Shown: positions 27,828 to 41,369 of the stretch, piece after piece
Position numbering within the stretch: the stretch's first letter is position 1
Layout: the number at the start of each line of letters is the position of its first letter
Source: Zygnema circumcarinatum SAG 698-1b
Taxonomy: Eukaryota; Plantae; Zygnematophyceae
Length of the DNA stretch: 64,000 nucleotides
Assembly: GCA_037447605.1 (NCBI GenBank)
Contig: CM074805.1
Coordinates: forward strand, 2,699,361-2,763,360
Reading direction: 5' to 3'
Notes under the pieces: generated by a model
What the model saw: only the letters and a program-made list of their open reading frames with translations
What the model was told of the DNA's origin: nothing
Database searches by the model: none
Translations under genes and position numbers: made by a program

Positions 27828-28663
27828 AGTGATACTACGCTCCTCCTCCAGAACCAGAAAACCAATGACTTTCATCACAGCGACGAGGTTTGCCATTCTC
27901 TCGATGGCTCCGCTCCTGGAACCTCTCGTTCCAAGGCAAGAGCTTCGCGTTTATTTTTTTTTCTATACGCGCACACTCTTGTCATAGGAGCCCTCTCTCA
28001 GGGCACAGCGGCGTAGCGTGAACGCCAAATGCCCCTTTTGCTGCTGCGATGACTTCACCGCGGGCGCGCATGTCTCCCTCCGCCAGCCTTCGCTCGGCCT
28101 TCGGTTGCTTGTCAGTCTTTGTAGCCAATTTCTTTGCAGTTTTGAGTGTATACTCGGTGTTTGCAATCCCCTCTTACACGGAGTTGGGCATGCTTTTACG
28201 CGGATCAGATCGCCCCACAGTCAGAAGCAGCGCGCAAAAATGGCAGCGAGAATTTAAGATTGGAATGTATTACATAAGTGAGAAAATGCTAAATGGAACA
28301 GAGAATCTTCCAATCTCTTTCACACTGGCCGAAAGACTTCTACACGACCTTGTGCTAATCTGCATTTGTATTCATAAGTGGCTACCCTCCATCAATCTAA
28401 AACTGCATAAAATTACAGTACTTCTAAACAATCTGCAAGTTAATTCATTTTCTATAGTTTCGTGCATCGCTACTACACACGGAACTAGGAAAAAATTATC
28501 TGCCCTTTCCCATGCCACTTCCTAATTCTAATCTCAAAACTGATTCGCATACAAAGTGGGAAAACAGGGCAAACAGCAGACGGCCTTGCAACATGAGGCA
28601 GGCCCCAAGTGATGGGCCAAAAGGGGCAAGAAGGCGAGTAACTGAGAGGCGGCCTTCGCTTTG

Positions 28664-31600
28664 TCACGAAGCGCCTCCAGCCCTCTGCTGGGCGGCGATC
28701 CACCCCCTCACATGCGGCTCGATCTCTCTCAATTTTGCCTCCAACTCCTTGAGATGCACCTTGGTGTTGGAGTGGGTCTTTATGCAGTGGTAGCATGCTT
28801 GGCTTTCTCGGCACTGCTTGGGACTCCAATGCAGCCATCGACTGCGACAAAGCACATGAACGCATGCATGGCACGTGAAAACAGTGAAGAGGGAAATGGG
28901 AAAGGTCAAGATGAGAGACATCCCGAAAGCTACTTATTAAGCCGCAGTCAAGGGTGGTCTTCTGCTAGGAAACGTACGGTTTGAAGCAGTCTTTCCGGAA
29001 GGAGGTATTTGCAAAGTGCTTATTGTGCCACTGCTCCCATTTCACCCCAAAACGCGTTCCGATGGAGCGGTAATGCTCGTATTCCATCTTCCACGGCAGA
29101 AGCTCCAATGCAATGCTGCCAGCTGTCCATCACGACAAAGGGCAGATGAGTGACACTGGAAGGAATGGCTGTCCAGTCGTGGAGAAAAGTGCTGGAACAA
29201 AAAGCGCATCACTTCCCTTCTTAAGGCTTCCAGGAAAGGGTCATATGATGACCTACATGGGAGGAATATTTCATTTGCAAAGGACTGGCCATGCATCCCA
29301 AATGCGAAGGCGGTCCTCCTCATCGTGTCAATCACCTGGCAGAAAATTAACGGCAAGAAGTGAAAGGGTCAAGAGTTGTTTATCCTGCGAATCTACTGTC
29401 GGTCAAACCTCACGTTGACCTAAAGACCCTGATCCAAATCATAACTCAATCCAGACATCCTTTAAGTGCAGCCGCTGAACCCTGTCCTTTAGGTGCGAGA
29501 GAAAAGCCTTTAGGACCCACCCGAGCCCAACTCTCAAGGAGTGCACAAGAGCGATACGAGAGTGCCTGCACCCTTTTGCCGAACAACGAGTTGAGAGGTG
29601 GATAACTACCTCCACCAGCGGCTGCTGCGGGGCAAACTCCAACATCTGGATGGGAATGCCGCTGAAAACACTCTCCAGCACGCGCAGAACATCCGGCGCA
29701 TTCAGAATGGTGCGGCTACTCGCTCTCCACAGCCACGTCACCTGAGCATTACACGCCAGCATTACACGTCAGCATCACACGTCAGCATTCCCATGTGGAA
29801 GAGCCCTGTTGACAGTGCCCCTCCCCCAGGTCGCCCTCCCCCCCTTGTACTGTACTGTACCTGGTAGTTGGGCTCGAGCTTTGGCGGCACGGCCACGCCC
29901 ACGTACGACTCCGTCACCAGCTTGTACGCGCTCTGCTTGAACCGCTCGCTGCCCGCCCCTCTGCAAACCACAAACCGCAAACCATAAACCACAAACCGCA
30001 AACCACAAACCGCAAACCGCAAACCGCAAACCACAAACCACAAAGCAGTGAGCGGCGGGGGCAGGGGCGGGGGCGGGGCCCGGTCCCCCTGTACGGTCAG
30101 CGCGGTACTGTACGGTACCCCTCGAAGTCCGCGTTGAGCGGGAAGGCGGCCTCGCCGTAGCACACGTGCGCGTCCCCCGCGCGCCGCTGCAGCCACCCCC
30201 CGCCCGCCACGTGTCAGGGGTAGGGGCACATGGCGGCTCGCTTTTGCGAGCAGAGGGCGTTGGCAGAGGGAAGGGGGCTCGCTGGGGGAAGGGCATTCAG
30301 GGCACCGCGAGAAGGTGATGTGTGTGTGTGTGAGAGAGGGAGAGAGTGTGCGCGTGAGAGGGGGGGTGGGAGAGAGAGAGAGAAAGAGAGAGAGTTAGAG
30401 AGAGAGAGAGACAGAGAGAGATGAGGGACGAAGCGGACCTTCCCCTGCACGTAGTTAATCACGTTTCCAAAGATAATCTTTGTAACGCCTCGTCCAAACG
30501 TCCTCACTGCAACGCGCAAACATAGACATAAAAACCTCCAGAATGAACAACTTGTCCTCATTTTTTTTGTACATTTTTATCTTAAGTTCTTTTAGTCCTG
30601 CAATTACTAAGCTATCAAATTTCTTCTCAGGTTTTCAGATCGCAGTTGCAAATCGTCGAGTTGAACTCACCCCAATGGTTTGAGCTGAACTGGATTGTGA
30701 GGTTGGCAAAAATAGGTTCCCCAAGAGGACGGTTCAACGCTTCCGCAAGGCTCGCAGCGAGCTCTGAACCCCAACTCCAGAACGTCATTCTACGCACTAC
30801 GTCAGATTGAAAAAACTCAAAAAACTGCGTGCATGTGTACATGTGTGTGTGTGTGAAGGGGGGGGGGGGGGGGGGGNNNNNNNNNNGGGGGGAAGTGAGA
30901 GAAAGTGAGAGAAAGAGAGAGAGAAAGGGAGAGGGGGGAAGGGAGAGAGAGATCGCTCCAAGTGGTCTCCTCACCAGCGAGAGGGCCGACATGCTCTATG
31001 AAGTGGCCCGGAAAGCTGTCGTGGGGAGCGCACAAGCCACTGTCCACATGCCACGTGGGCACGCCCTGCACCCCCATCAGGCGAAATGCTCCAATCAGGG
31101 GCCGCCTTGGCTCCCTCTGCCAGGAGCGGGCTTAGACCTGCTGAGCGGAGGGGGGGGGAGACGCAGTTCACCTCAAGAGATGATTTTCCCGGCGGAACGG
31201 AAAGCTCCATGAAGCGTTTGGGAGAAAGAAACTCTCCTGCCTTCACATGTGCGCGGTCTATCTCATGAACGGGGTTTCGTCTGCCATTCCCGTTCCCACC
31301 GCCATTGCATCCGCAAAGAATGCACGTTTCAGACATATCGCTACAGTTCACAGAGCCGTTTTGTGACCACATGCTGCAGGCATTTTCTCGTCAATTATCC
31401 CTCGACCAGGAAGCAGTCCCCAAACTTATGAAAAATCAGACCTTCCAAATTCTTGATCGTGGAATCCCAGCTACTTCGTGAATGCTTCTGTTACTACAGA
31501 CTCAAGTAACCGCTCTAAATGTTTGACATTTTCAACAATTTGTAACAAGGATGAGAAGTAAAACACGACCACGCGAACTCTAAAACCTCTCATGCGGAAT

Positions 31601-33555
31601 CTTCAAAGGGAAACGAAAGCAGCGGTTTCAGCTCCCCACTCACAAGCCGCGCCGTCCCCATCCGCACAAATCCTTTGTCTGCATGAGCCTGAGCAGGCCC
31701 TCCCAGCCCCACCCCCCTCAGCCTCGCCCACTGCAAAAATTTTCTCTCAGCTCAAGGGTGCTTGCTTGCCCAAGGAAAGCAAATCCGCAGGGAGGAACAG
31801 AGACATGGTCCAGAGAACGGAAAATGGCCCTTACTTGGAAAGGTCATAGTTATTTTTAGAGTACCAATAGCCACCAAGCCCTCCATCCACCCTGTCGTAG
31901 TTGAAGTGGCAGACATCCTTCAGCACCAACATGCATGCATAGCTCGCTGTGTCCGACAATACATAGGAGCCGGGCACGCCCTGCATCGTCCATTCACTCA
32001 AACGTCTATCGTCAGCAGGAAGGCTCCTTCACGTGGCAGCACCTGCTTCAAGATGATAATAACATCGTAGAGAACAATCCTCTGCAGTCAACGTCGGTGT
32101 GGATAACAAATAGGAAAGGGACCAAGCGAAGAGAGGGAAAGATAGGAAATGTATGGAAAGCTGATGAGAGCGGTAGTGAAGCTGCACCTCGATGGTTTCG
32201 CTGCTCTCCCACTGAGGGTTGCGCCTCACAACATCCACCCACCATTCATCCGACGTTGCCTCCCAGCCGGAGTAAAACCTGCCTTTTCTTTTCCCAGCTG
32301 AAAGCTGTTCACAGATAGACAATGCAGCAAAGTCAATATCAGCGCCGTTACACAATAAGGAATGTCTTTCATATGTAAAAAAAAGACTCTCAAATAAAAC
32401 TATCACCAGTCGCTAAAGAGTGGCTTAACCACTTGGATGTCAGCCAAGAGCTGTGAATTCTAAGGTTCACACTGCAGGTGTCAGGTGTCCAGCTTCAGGT
32501 GAGTGAAAGGTGCGGACTCGGGAATAGCCCTGTCAGGACGTAACAGAGTTTGACACCTAAACCTGCTTGAGTAATGTCGTTTTTTAAATATCCATAACTT
32601 CTAAGTTGCAGTTCTGATCCTCTATTGCTGTCAGAGAAAGACGGCTGCTAAAGGAAGGGCAACCCCTCTTCGATAAACACTGTCATCTTAAATTGCAAAC
32701 AAGAAAGCGCCCAGTAGGATGTAAAGGCCAAATTTCTCAATTCATTATTGTTGAGAGGTCTTTAATTTTCTCTTTCTTATAAAAAGTCAGCTTCAGGATC
32801 TGGTGCTGGTCTGTTCGATATACATGCACGTCATTGAAATAACAACTCGCATCAAATGCACATAAATAAAAAAACTGTGCGGCTTTCCTGAGCCCTTCCT
32901 GCAATTCATTCTGGAGAGAGAAGCCTTTACAAAGGAAAGGAATGCCACCTGATACAACTGCTTCTCGAGCTCCGCCACCTTCTGCAGCTCCTTCTCCAGC
33001 TTGACCTTGAGGTATGCCAAATGCTCATACCTCACTGCCAAAGAAAGGCGTGATTGCTACCCACATTGCAATAAACAGAGGAAAAAATGGATAAGTTGTT
33101 TAAGCTAAGGCTGTTATAGGGAGAAGTTTAGCCGGTGCATTAATTTTTTTAACGTGGAAAGTTCCAATTAAAGAGTAAGTGTAGTCTTTACATAAGATAA
33201 TTTCTCGGGGAACTGATCTACGATCTTCATTCCAAACTCCTGCGTGTTGCGGTTGAGGAGAGACCGCCTGGGGCCGACCTGCGCCCCCTCAACAATGCAA
33301 GCAACAGGGTTTCTTTCAGATGGGGGGATGAGAGTGGGGTCCCAAAATGACTAATTCATGAACAAAATTCTACATTAAAAAGTGCGATCTTTCAGGCAGC
33401 ACAATGCCGCATACCTGCTCGGACTCCTCGAGAGCGCCTGCGCCGGCCACCTCTCCGCCCACTAAAAATACAGCTATCAGGAAGAAGAAGAGAGCCATAG
33501 CCTCTGCTGGAAACGACCTGACGCTCCTCATCCGCCTGCTCCAAGGTCCAGCCAT
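28664..33555 (-). CDS. Glycosyltransferase family 61 (DUF563)-like type II membrane protein, paralog A
   Basis: N-terminal TM (ALFFFLIAVFLVGG), coiled stem LAVRYEHLAYL, then QVTWLWRASSRTILNAPDV...IQMLEF...LVEVIDTMRRTAFAFGMHGQSFANEIFLP, matching the GT61 R.I.N...EQ...G.HGA.L.N..F signature. The last exon ends HCIKTHSNTKVHLKELEAKL...*. Confidence 0.82.
29965..30041 (+). repeat. 7-bp tandem repeat (AAACCRC)x11 in a GT61-A intron
   Basis: Counted 11 consecutive units AAACC(A/G)(C/T). Confidence 0.92.
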
Positions 33556-33766
33556 GGCGGAGCGGTGCCACTTTTCATGTCCTCTCTACCGCCCTTCCCC
33601 GCCCTTCATCCGTGCACCCCCCGGCCGGCTCCGACTGCTCTCTTCAAACACCTCCTGAAATCGAACCCTAAATCTGCTCTCGTTCGGGAGGTCCGCCTCT
33701 CCCTCCCTCTCTCTACCTCTCTCTCTCCCTCTCTCTCCCTTTCTCGCCTCTCCTTTCCGGCCGGGC

Positions 33767-34290
33767 CACGTGGCAGCGAGCGCGGACAGGGCGGGGAGGG
33801 CAGCCGGGCGGTCCTTTCTCCTGGTCCGTGTGCCGCCCCACCCGTCGCCCACAACGGACCTGTACGGACGGCGCCAGTGCGACCCCTGCCCCTGCCCGCA
33901 GAGCGGTTGGCGGCGCGGCTCCATGCAGCTGGCAGTTTGGCGTCGTGCGCGACGCGCGTCCCGGAAACCATCAGGGAGCTTGGCGCCTACGTGGCTGCCT
34001 ACGTGGCTTCTCACACGTGGCGGTCAAAATTGCTCCCACGTGTGCGTCATATGCTTGTCGGAGATGAACAAAAACATGCTGCACAAGACGTCCCAATCAA
34101 AAGTTGCCACGTGGTGGTCAAGGAGCAGAAGCGGTGCCACGCGCGGTGCTGCTGCCACGCTGGCTGTGGCTGGCAGCCAACGACCGCGGTGACCGCCGGT
34201 CGAGGTCGAGGTTCACACCAAATTGGCGGCGGCGGCCAAGTACGGTAACTGCGGTTGGCCACGTTGGACGCTCGAAATTGTCCACGTGGC
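33767..34290. promoter_or_regulatory. G-box/ABRE-like cluster upstream of GT61-A
   Basis: ACGTG-core elements at 33767 (CACGTGGC), 33988 and 34000 (TACGTGGC), 34014 (CACGTGGC), 34037 (CACGTG), 34106 (GCCACGTGG) and 34282 (CCACGTGGC). Confidence 0.6.
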
Positions 34291-35191
34291 GAGCGATGAC
34301 TGGATATGTGGCTGTCACGGAATTTACCCTCGGGCCGGGGTACCAGTTTCGACGAATCAGGGAGGGAGAGGAGGAGGGAGGCACAGTACTGAGGCACACC
34401 ATCGGATATTCTACACACTTAAAATAAAGTACAGGGTGGTTACCACCACATGCCTGCCTGGGCCTGGGGTGCCCTCACTGAGGGCGTGATTCGAAACCAT
34501 TCTAGTGCAAAAAAATGTTGGCTATCGCGACATCGCGATGGTGATGGTGATGAGGAGTACAACACATCACACCACCTATCTCGCTCAGCCCTAATGTACA
34601 GGAAGGAACACTTGGGCAATTCAGAACCTGAGAGAGGCTCGTATCTACCAATGTAGCTTGAGGGCAGCTAACTAACCAACTAACTAACTAGTCCGAGTAC
34701 AACCAACCACGTGGACACTCTCTCGTGTGCGTGCGCGCCTGCCTCTCTCGAGGCAAGTCAGGCGAACTCATCGCTGCTGCCGCTGCCGCCGACGACTCCA
34801 GCAGCCAGCCTCCCTCCCTCCCTCCCTCTGGCCTCTCCCTCATCGCCTCGTCGAAACTCCGGGAGGGCGGGCGTTGCGTGCAGGCGGGCGGGCGTCTCGC
34901 CCTGCCTTGCACGCTCCGTCTACGCAAGCGTGAACCTCTTTCTCTACAGAAAGACTAAGTCTCCAATCTGTACGAGGACTCCAAGAACCGAAGCCGCAGC
35001 AGGTCTTGTGCCGAGGCCGTCATGAGAGCGCGCAGCCTCCCTCCCTCGGTCGGCCGGCTCGCGGAGGCTAGTAGCGGCGGCTCTCCGCCAGCTGTGACTG
35101 GGAGGGATTTAGGGTTTGCAAGGACTCAACGGAAATGGAGAGAGGGAGAGAGGAAGAGGACTCATGAGGAGTCATGGCCCGTGGCGGCTGC

Positions 35192-38100
35192 TCATGAGGG
35201 AGGTCGAGCGACCTCCTGTCTCGCCGCAATCCAGTCCCGCACTCGCGGCTCGATGGCGCGCAGCACGGCCTCCAGCTCGCGCAGGTCGACGAGCGTGTTG
35301 GAGTGGTTCTTGATGCAGTGGTAGCACACGGTCGAGGCCAGACACTCCTCCGCCGTCCACTCCATCCAGGACCTGCAGTGCAGCCCTGCCTTGGAGCATG
35401 AAATGCGCTCTTCATGCTTCTGCTGCGCCTCGTTATTGGTTTCTTTCGCGACAGGTTGAATCAGTTACAGAGTCTTCTGGACAAGCATAGTGCGAAATGT
35501 ATGGATTCAGCATGCCTACCCACAGTAGTTAGGTTTCTGCTTACTCGTTTTTAATCCAACGCTGCAGTATTTGGGATAATTGATGTTACAACCGACACAA
35601 ATGCCCTAGTGTAAGGTATCCGATAACCCTAGCTGCATATTTGCAAGAGCGGGCGATGAAAACTCAAGCATCGTATCAACAGAGAAAGGAAGCTTACGAA
35701 TTGAAGCACTGTTTGCCAAAAGAAGTGTTTTCAAAGTACTTGTTTCGCCATTGTTCCCATTCCACTCCGAAGAGGGTACCAATGTTACGATAATAATGAT
35801 ACTCCATCTTCCATGGTAGAAGCTCAAGTGCTATGCTGCCCGCTGTCCATCGTCAAGGAAAACAAGCAAACTGTATTAGGTGAATTTCAAGACCAATGAA
35901 CGAGGCATAATTAGGGATGTTTTGGGTAAATTGTAGATTTGTGTTGTCAGGTGTATTTCTTAAAGTGCTTCACTTCCGAGTTAAGGTTATGCGAGACGCA
36001 CAAGGAAGAAATATTTCGTTCGCGAAAGAAGCACCGTGCATTCCGAAGGTGAAGGCGGTCCTCCTCATCGTGTCTATCACCTGAATCCATGCCCAGTCTT
36101 CCATTACTGAATGCCGTCCATTCCCAGCATTGGAGATTTAAAAACCTTCAGCCGTGCTCTCTGAAGAAGCATGGACCTGCTTATGAGACACTTAGAAACA
36201 AGGAGTAGTGACTTCTACCCGTTAAACATATCAATTATCTGCAACAACCTGGGAATTTTTAACAGTTACCCCGCATCAGGGAGAATTCCTCTGGTTTACG
36301 ATGTTTTCAGTGATTGTTCGCGCTTAAGTGATACCATACAGCTAGTGATGATTGAAGCTGCTGATTCAGATTAAACTTGATTGGAAAAATACCGCTTGAG
36401 GAGCCTTCTACATGCCGAAATGGAAAAAGTTAGCCAATTGCTGGGAAAGTGACAGGTACCTCTACTAATGGCTGTCGGTTTCCGAACTCCAACATCTGAA
36501 TGGGAATTCCTCTGAAAACAGACTCAAGGAGGCGCAGCACGTCTGCCGCGTTCACGATGCTGCGTTTCCCCGACCTCCATAGCCAGGTCACCTGCATGCG
36601 CCTTCCTGCAGGGTGTGAGAGACAACATGCAGACGGCGCAGAGCTTGAAAGCATTGTTAATCTTCAATGTCAGTGTCCCGACTCCGGCAGGAATGGCGCG
36701 GAGATGCACCCCCTTTACCTGGTAGTTGGGCTCCACCTTGGGAGGGACATGCACGCCCACGTACGATTCTGTCACCAGCTTGTACGCATTCTCCTTGAAG
36801 CGCTCGCTGCCCGCCCCTCTGCGAAAACGCATTGTTTTGGAGGGGGTTGGTCGCTAGAAGGGGCTTAGGGCGGTGGTTTGCCGAAATCGGAAAAGGAAGG
36901 TTTTTTACCACAATGGATAAGTATAGGAATGAGTTGCCATACCCCACGAACTGATCGTTGAGTGGAAAGATAGCTTCCTTATAGCATGCATGAGCATTCC
37001 CAGGCCTTCTCTGCATTGGAGGCACAGACGTAGGATGAAGGTGGTGTCAACAGAATATGGCGAATTTCTTTACCGAAGGTATAGGTCTAAGAGGCAAGTG
37101 CAGGTGCAATGCAGAAAAAGCAATGATGTCAAAAGTGCCGTACCTTGCCCACCATGAGCCTGGTCAAGTCCCCAAAGAGAATTTTTGTCACTCCTCGAGC
37201 AAATGTACGCACTGCATGCGCAGTTACACAGCTTTGTAAAGTTACCGCCTGTTCTTATGTCTCTCTACAGCTCGGCTAGGGTTTGCAGGCCCCATTCAGT
37301 CCCCTCACACTAATCCGCAAAAAGTTTCTATGTGAGTTTTTCCAGCTGTCAGGTTGTGCAAACCGTCATTATCTGTTCGAGGTTGGGACTATCTGAACGT
37401 CACTCACCCCAATAGTTGGTGCCAAACTGTATGGTGAGATTGGCAAAGATGGCCTCTCCAGAAGGCCGGTTCAGAGCCTTGGCCAGACTTGCGGCGAGTT
37501 CTGTGACCCTCCAAATGTTGACACAGTGCGCCGTGATGAATGGGAGGAGGGGAATAATACCAAAACAAGGAAAAGATGAAGGGCATCGAACTTATGACAA
37601 CCAGCATGGATAGCAGCTGAAAGAGAGAAGGAGCTTTCCTAGTAATCAGACCGCTTTTTCAAGAGGTCGTCTTTTAAGGTTTGAATTGCCATGCAGGTTC
37701 TGTGCATGCGTACCGGCTAAGGGCCCGACGCTTTCGATGAAGTGACCGGGGAAGCTGTCTTGTGGCGAGACCAGGACTTGGTCCAAATTCCACACGGGAA
37801 TATCCTGCACTTCCCTTGGTAGGACACAATCAACTCATGCATGTCCTCACATGAAGATGTGAATGTTGGAGTTACCACTCACAGGCACCTTATGGCATGC
37901 GTTTCCTTAGTTGGCTGCTTCGTGTGACCTTCATAGTGCGATTTGCTATTTTTTCTTAAGTAGGGTATTTTCTTTTAAAAAAGAAACAGCCGTACCTTTG
38001 TAGATATACCATTTCGTGGGATCGTTAAGTTCGCATAATTTCTGGGAGACAAGAACTCCCCGAACTTGAACCGCTTTCGCGCTACTTCCCTAGTCGGCTC

Positions 38101-40052
38101 TACACTGAAAGTAAAATCCCAAAAATTTAAAACAATTTCATGTCAGTATTGTAGCTCCTCTCAGTTTAGTTAAAGTCCATTTGCAACAGTTCTCAACAAC
38201 AGCCCGCAGGATCGCTGCAGCAGACCTTGCCTTCACACCACTCCCAATATTCTGGTCCAATGTAAAGGTATATTGATACGCACTTATTGAATTGACCGCC
38301 AAGTCAGCTTGAGAGTGTCGCTCTGAGACCTAACATGAGTGAGGTCACGCCCAGGAGCGCTATTCGCAACATGCAATTGCCAGTACGTGCGGCCTTATAA
38401 CTTCATAATGTTTTTGAATTGTAATGTATTTCTAACAGACGTTGTCATGGAAATACTAATATTTAAATCGTGCCAGGTCAATGTTTAACCGTCCAAGCAA
38501 CGGACCTTGGCCGACTTCCCCATTATGCCCATAATACCATGCCCATTCCTCTCTTCAGTAAATTTCGTTAATCATGAGCAGTCTGCTACGACTAACCATG
38601 CTGCGATTTTGCGGATTTTACACGTTACTCTTTTAAGAACACCCAAAACAACGAAACCGAGATGGGTCCTGCGTCGTCCACTTACTTGAACCGCTTTGAC
38701 CATCCGCAAACGTCCTTAGACTCCCACAACCTGCACAAGCCCCCAAGAGCATCGCCAGCTTCCTTACATGGCAGTGTTCCCAAAGAAGTCCTCAGAAGGG
38801 CAAACCGCGAGAGCATTCATTCCAAAGTGGACAGCAGGCAAGAAACGTAAGCAAGGGGAGGAGTGGTCCGTGTTTGGGAACAGGGAGGAGGCGAACGTCG
38901 TACTTTGAAAGGTCGTGGCCGTGTTGCGAGTACCAATATCCTCCAAAGGATCCGTCATCTCGATCATAGTTGAAGTGGCAGGCATCCTTCACCACCAACA
39001 TGCATGAATAGCTCGACAATTCTGAAAGGGCATATGTTCCGGGAACTCCCTGCATTCGCAATCTCCGTCGCCATTGTCACAAAATGGTTCTAGCTTTCTG
39101 TAAGTTTAAAAAAAAAAAAGGAACACTGGTTTCGTTGGCTGCTCAAAGGAAGCGCAAATTCAGGGCGGCCATTACCTGAACATTATCGCTGGTCGCCCAG
39201 TTGGCATCTCGCTTGAGCGCGTCCACCCACCACTCATCTGACGTGCCTTCCCATCCAATGTAGTGTTTGCGCTCTCCATGCAGCTTTGAAAAGTGCTGCG
39301 TTTCGACAGTCCCAATTCCGTCCATGTAAAAAAGTTAAGGGTTTCTCACGGTTGGCCATGAAAGAGCTCACATAACATGTTGACGAGCTTCCCAGTTGCA
39401 TGTACACCGTAAGCCACTCCATGATGCTGAAAAAAAAGCAAAGCCATGGTGACGCTTCACGAACTCTTGAACTCACCAGGTTTCCATCCACCTCAAGCCT
39501 GCGGAGTCTCGTTTTCTCCTTCTCAATCTGCGCAATAAGGTACGCTAGATGCTCATACCGCACCGCGAGACCAAGACGATCAGCCTGCAGACGTTTCCAT
39601 CCCAAAAACAAGGAAAAAGGAAAACAATGGTTGTAGGGGAAAATGTTAGAGACCCAAAAACTAAAAATATTTTCGCTCAAAACAGAAGCACTGCAGAGCA
39701 ATGACCAGAGCCGCATGCGAGCGCTGAAAGCCTGGTCACCATGGCGCACCGTGGATACGTTTCCTCCGAACATCTCCGCCGTGTGAATGCCGAAGTGGCG
39801 CGGATCGTCCGAGAGACGGGCGCTGCGCCCGCCATGGACTGCCTGCAAACAGGGGGGGGCGTTAGCAGAGCTTGCCGCAGCCAGTGCCCGTTGACGAAGG
39901 CTTTCAGTTACGGTTCAAAGGCGTGTAAGGACAGAAAGTACCGTTAAGCCGCGGGGAAGGGCATGGGACGCGCAGACATGCAGCAGAAAAGCGAGAACGA
40001 AAGGAGGGGCTCCGGATCGGACATGTCGCATTCGCGGCTCCATGGACGCCAT
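35192..40052 (-). CDS. Glycosyltransferase family 61 (DUF563)-like protein, paralog B
   Basis: Exon-by-exon homology to paralog A: LAVRYEHLAYL, GWEGTSDEWWVD, GVPG...CMLVVKDACHFNYDR, SERFKENAYKLVTESYVG, QVTWLWRSGKRSIVNAADV, VIDTMRRTAFTFGMHGASFANEIF, CYHCIKNHSNTLVDLRELEAVL...RPPS* (TGA 35192-35194). Start Met is 40052 or 40043. Confidence 0.82.
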
Positions 40053-40904
40053 GGACGGAGGGAGAGGGGAGAGTTCGGGAGCAGGGCGCCGTATGGAAGG
40101 GAGGGAGGAAGGGCCAGAGAGCGAGGAGCTGCGAGAGCGGATGGAGGGGGTCGCCGGGAAAGGCAAACTGGCCGGCACGGCCAATCATGGCTTGCCACAT
40201 GTGCATAACTCTGACGTGGCGGTCTTTGATTGATTCAGTCTTCGAGAGGATACGGAGCGGCCTGGCGCCGACATGACGCAGCGGGGCGGCAGCAGGTCCT
40301 GCGGGGACCGCGAGGGACGGACAAGGGACCCTGGGAGCCAGGTGGCGGCCGGCCGGCGATTCAGGACAGAGGGGGCCAGGTGCGGCCAGGGACCTTTTTT
40401 GGCCGCTCTGGGGACACAGTGACCCAGGAACACCATTCTGTCGTTTTGGGGCTGTTGGAGGCTGCGGGGACAGTAGGCGTTAACTGGCCTACTATGCGAA
40501 AGCTAGGATTTCAGCCAATGGAACTGCGTCACGTCAGCATGAATGACAGATCAAATGAGCTCGACAGAACCCAGAACATGCCAAATATGTACAAATGCAA
40601 TCTTAGCCGTCGATCTCACCCCCTGCGTGCTCGGACGTGTCGTGTCCGTACTTGCAGTACGCAAACCGTTCTGGACGATGGCTGTACGGCCGTACGAATT
40701 AAATCGATCGCAAACTCGCCTATGGCCGTACATGTACGGTACGATGGTCCGCACAGTGGGAGGGGCCTAGTGGTCGGCTCGATTCGACTCGGCTCAAGTT
40801 CGACTCGGCTCGAGCGAGATCTGGCGCGCTCAGGGCCGCCTCGTGCCGTGCAGGCGCGCTGCTCGGCGGCCCGAGCGGGCGAGCTGGACGGCATCGGGGG
40901 CCGC

Positions 40905-41165
40905 GACTGGGCGGGACTGGGCGGGACTGGGCGGGACTGGGCGGGACTGGGAGGGCCAAGGGCGCCTCCTTGTGATACATTTCAGGACACGGGCACAGGG
41001 GGGGCACAGGGGGGGCACATGGGGCACATGGGCACAGTGCATACGACAAGGGGAACAGGTTTCAGGGCACAGGGTGCACAAGGCAGAGGGCACAAGGCAA
41101 GGGGCACAAGGCACAAGGGGCACACAACGTACATGGCCCAAGGGGCATAGGGCACAAGGCACAGG
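40905..41165 (+). repeat. Short tandem repeats: (GACTGGGCGG)x4.6 followed by a degenerate GGCACA(A/G/T)G array
   Basis: 10-mer units at 40905-40950; repeated ggcaca cores from about 40990 to 41165. Confidence 0.85.
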
Positions 41166-41369
41166 GTGACTACAAAGGACGAGAGAGACACGTGCAAGGT
41201 CGCGGACACTCATCGCAGCGAGGGAGACAATCCATTTCCAATCCATTTCTTATTTTTCTTTTTCTTCAGAGGGGGAGGCTGAGAAGGAATGCAAAAAGCT
41301 TCAAAGCGGCTCTCTATTTCGGCTGAAGGGTTTACATGTCACAAGCAATCTATGGCGGCCGCGGCCCGT

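Noticed and set aside
27990-28525. Hydrophobic ORF downstream of the PL4 gene
   Set aside because: Lies between convergent 3' ends and has no recognisable motif; probably UTR.
31981-39110. In-frame TGA just upstream of MQGVPG in both GT61 paralogs (possible selenocysteine or readthrough)
   Set aside because: The ATGCAG is the intron acceptor; the TGAs are intronic and not at equivalent positions.
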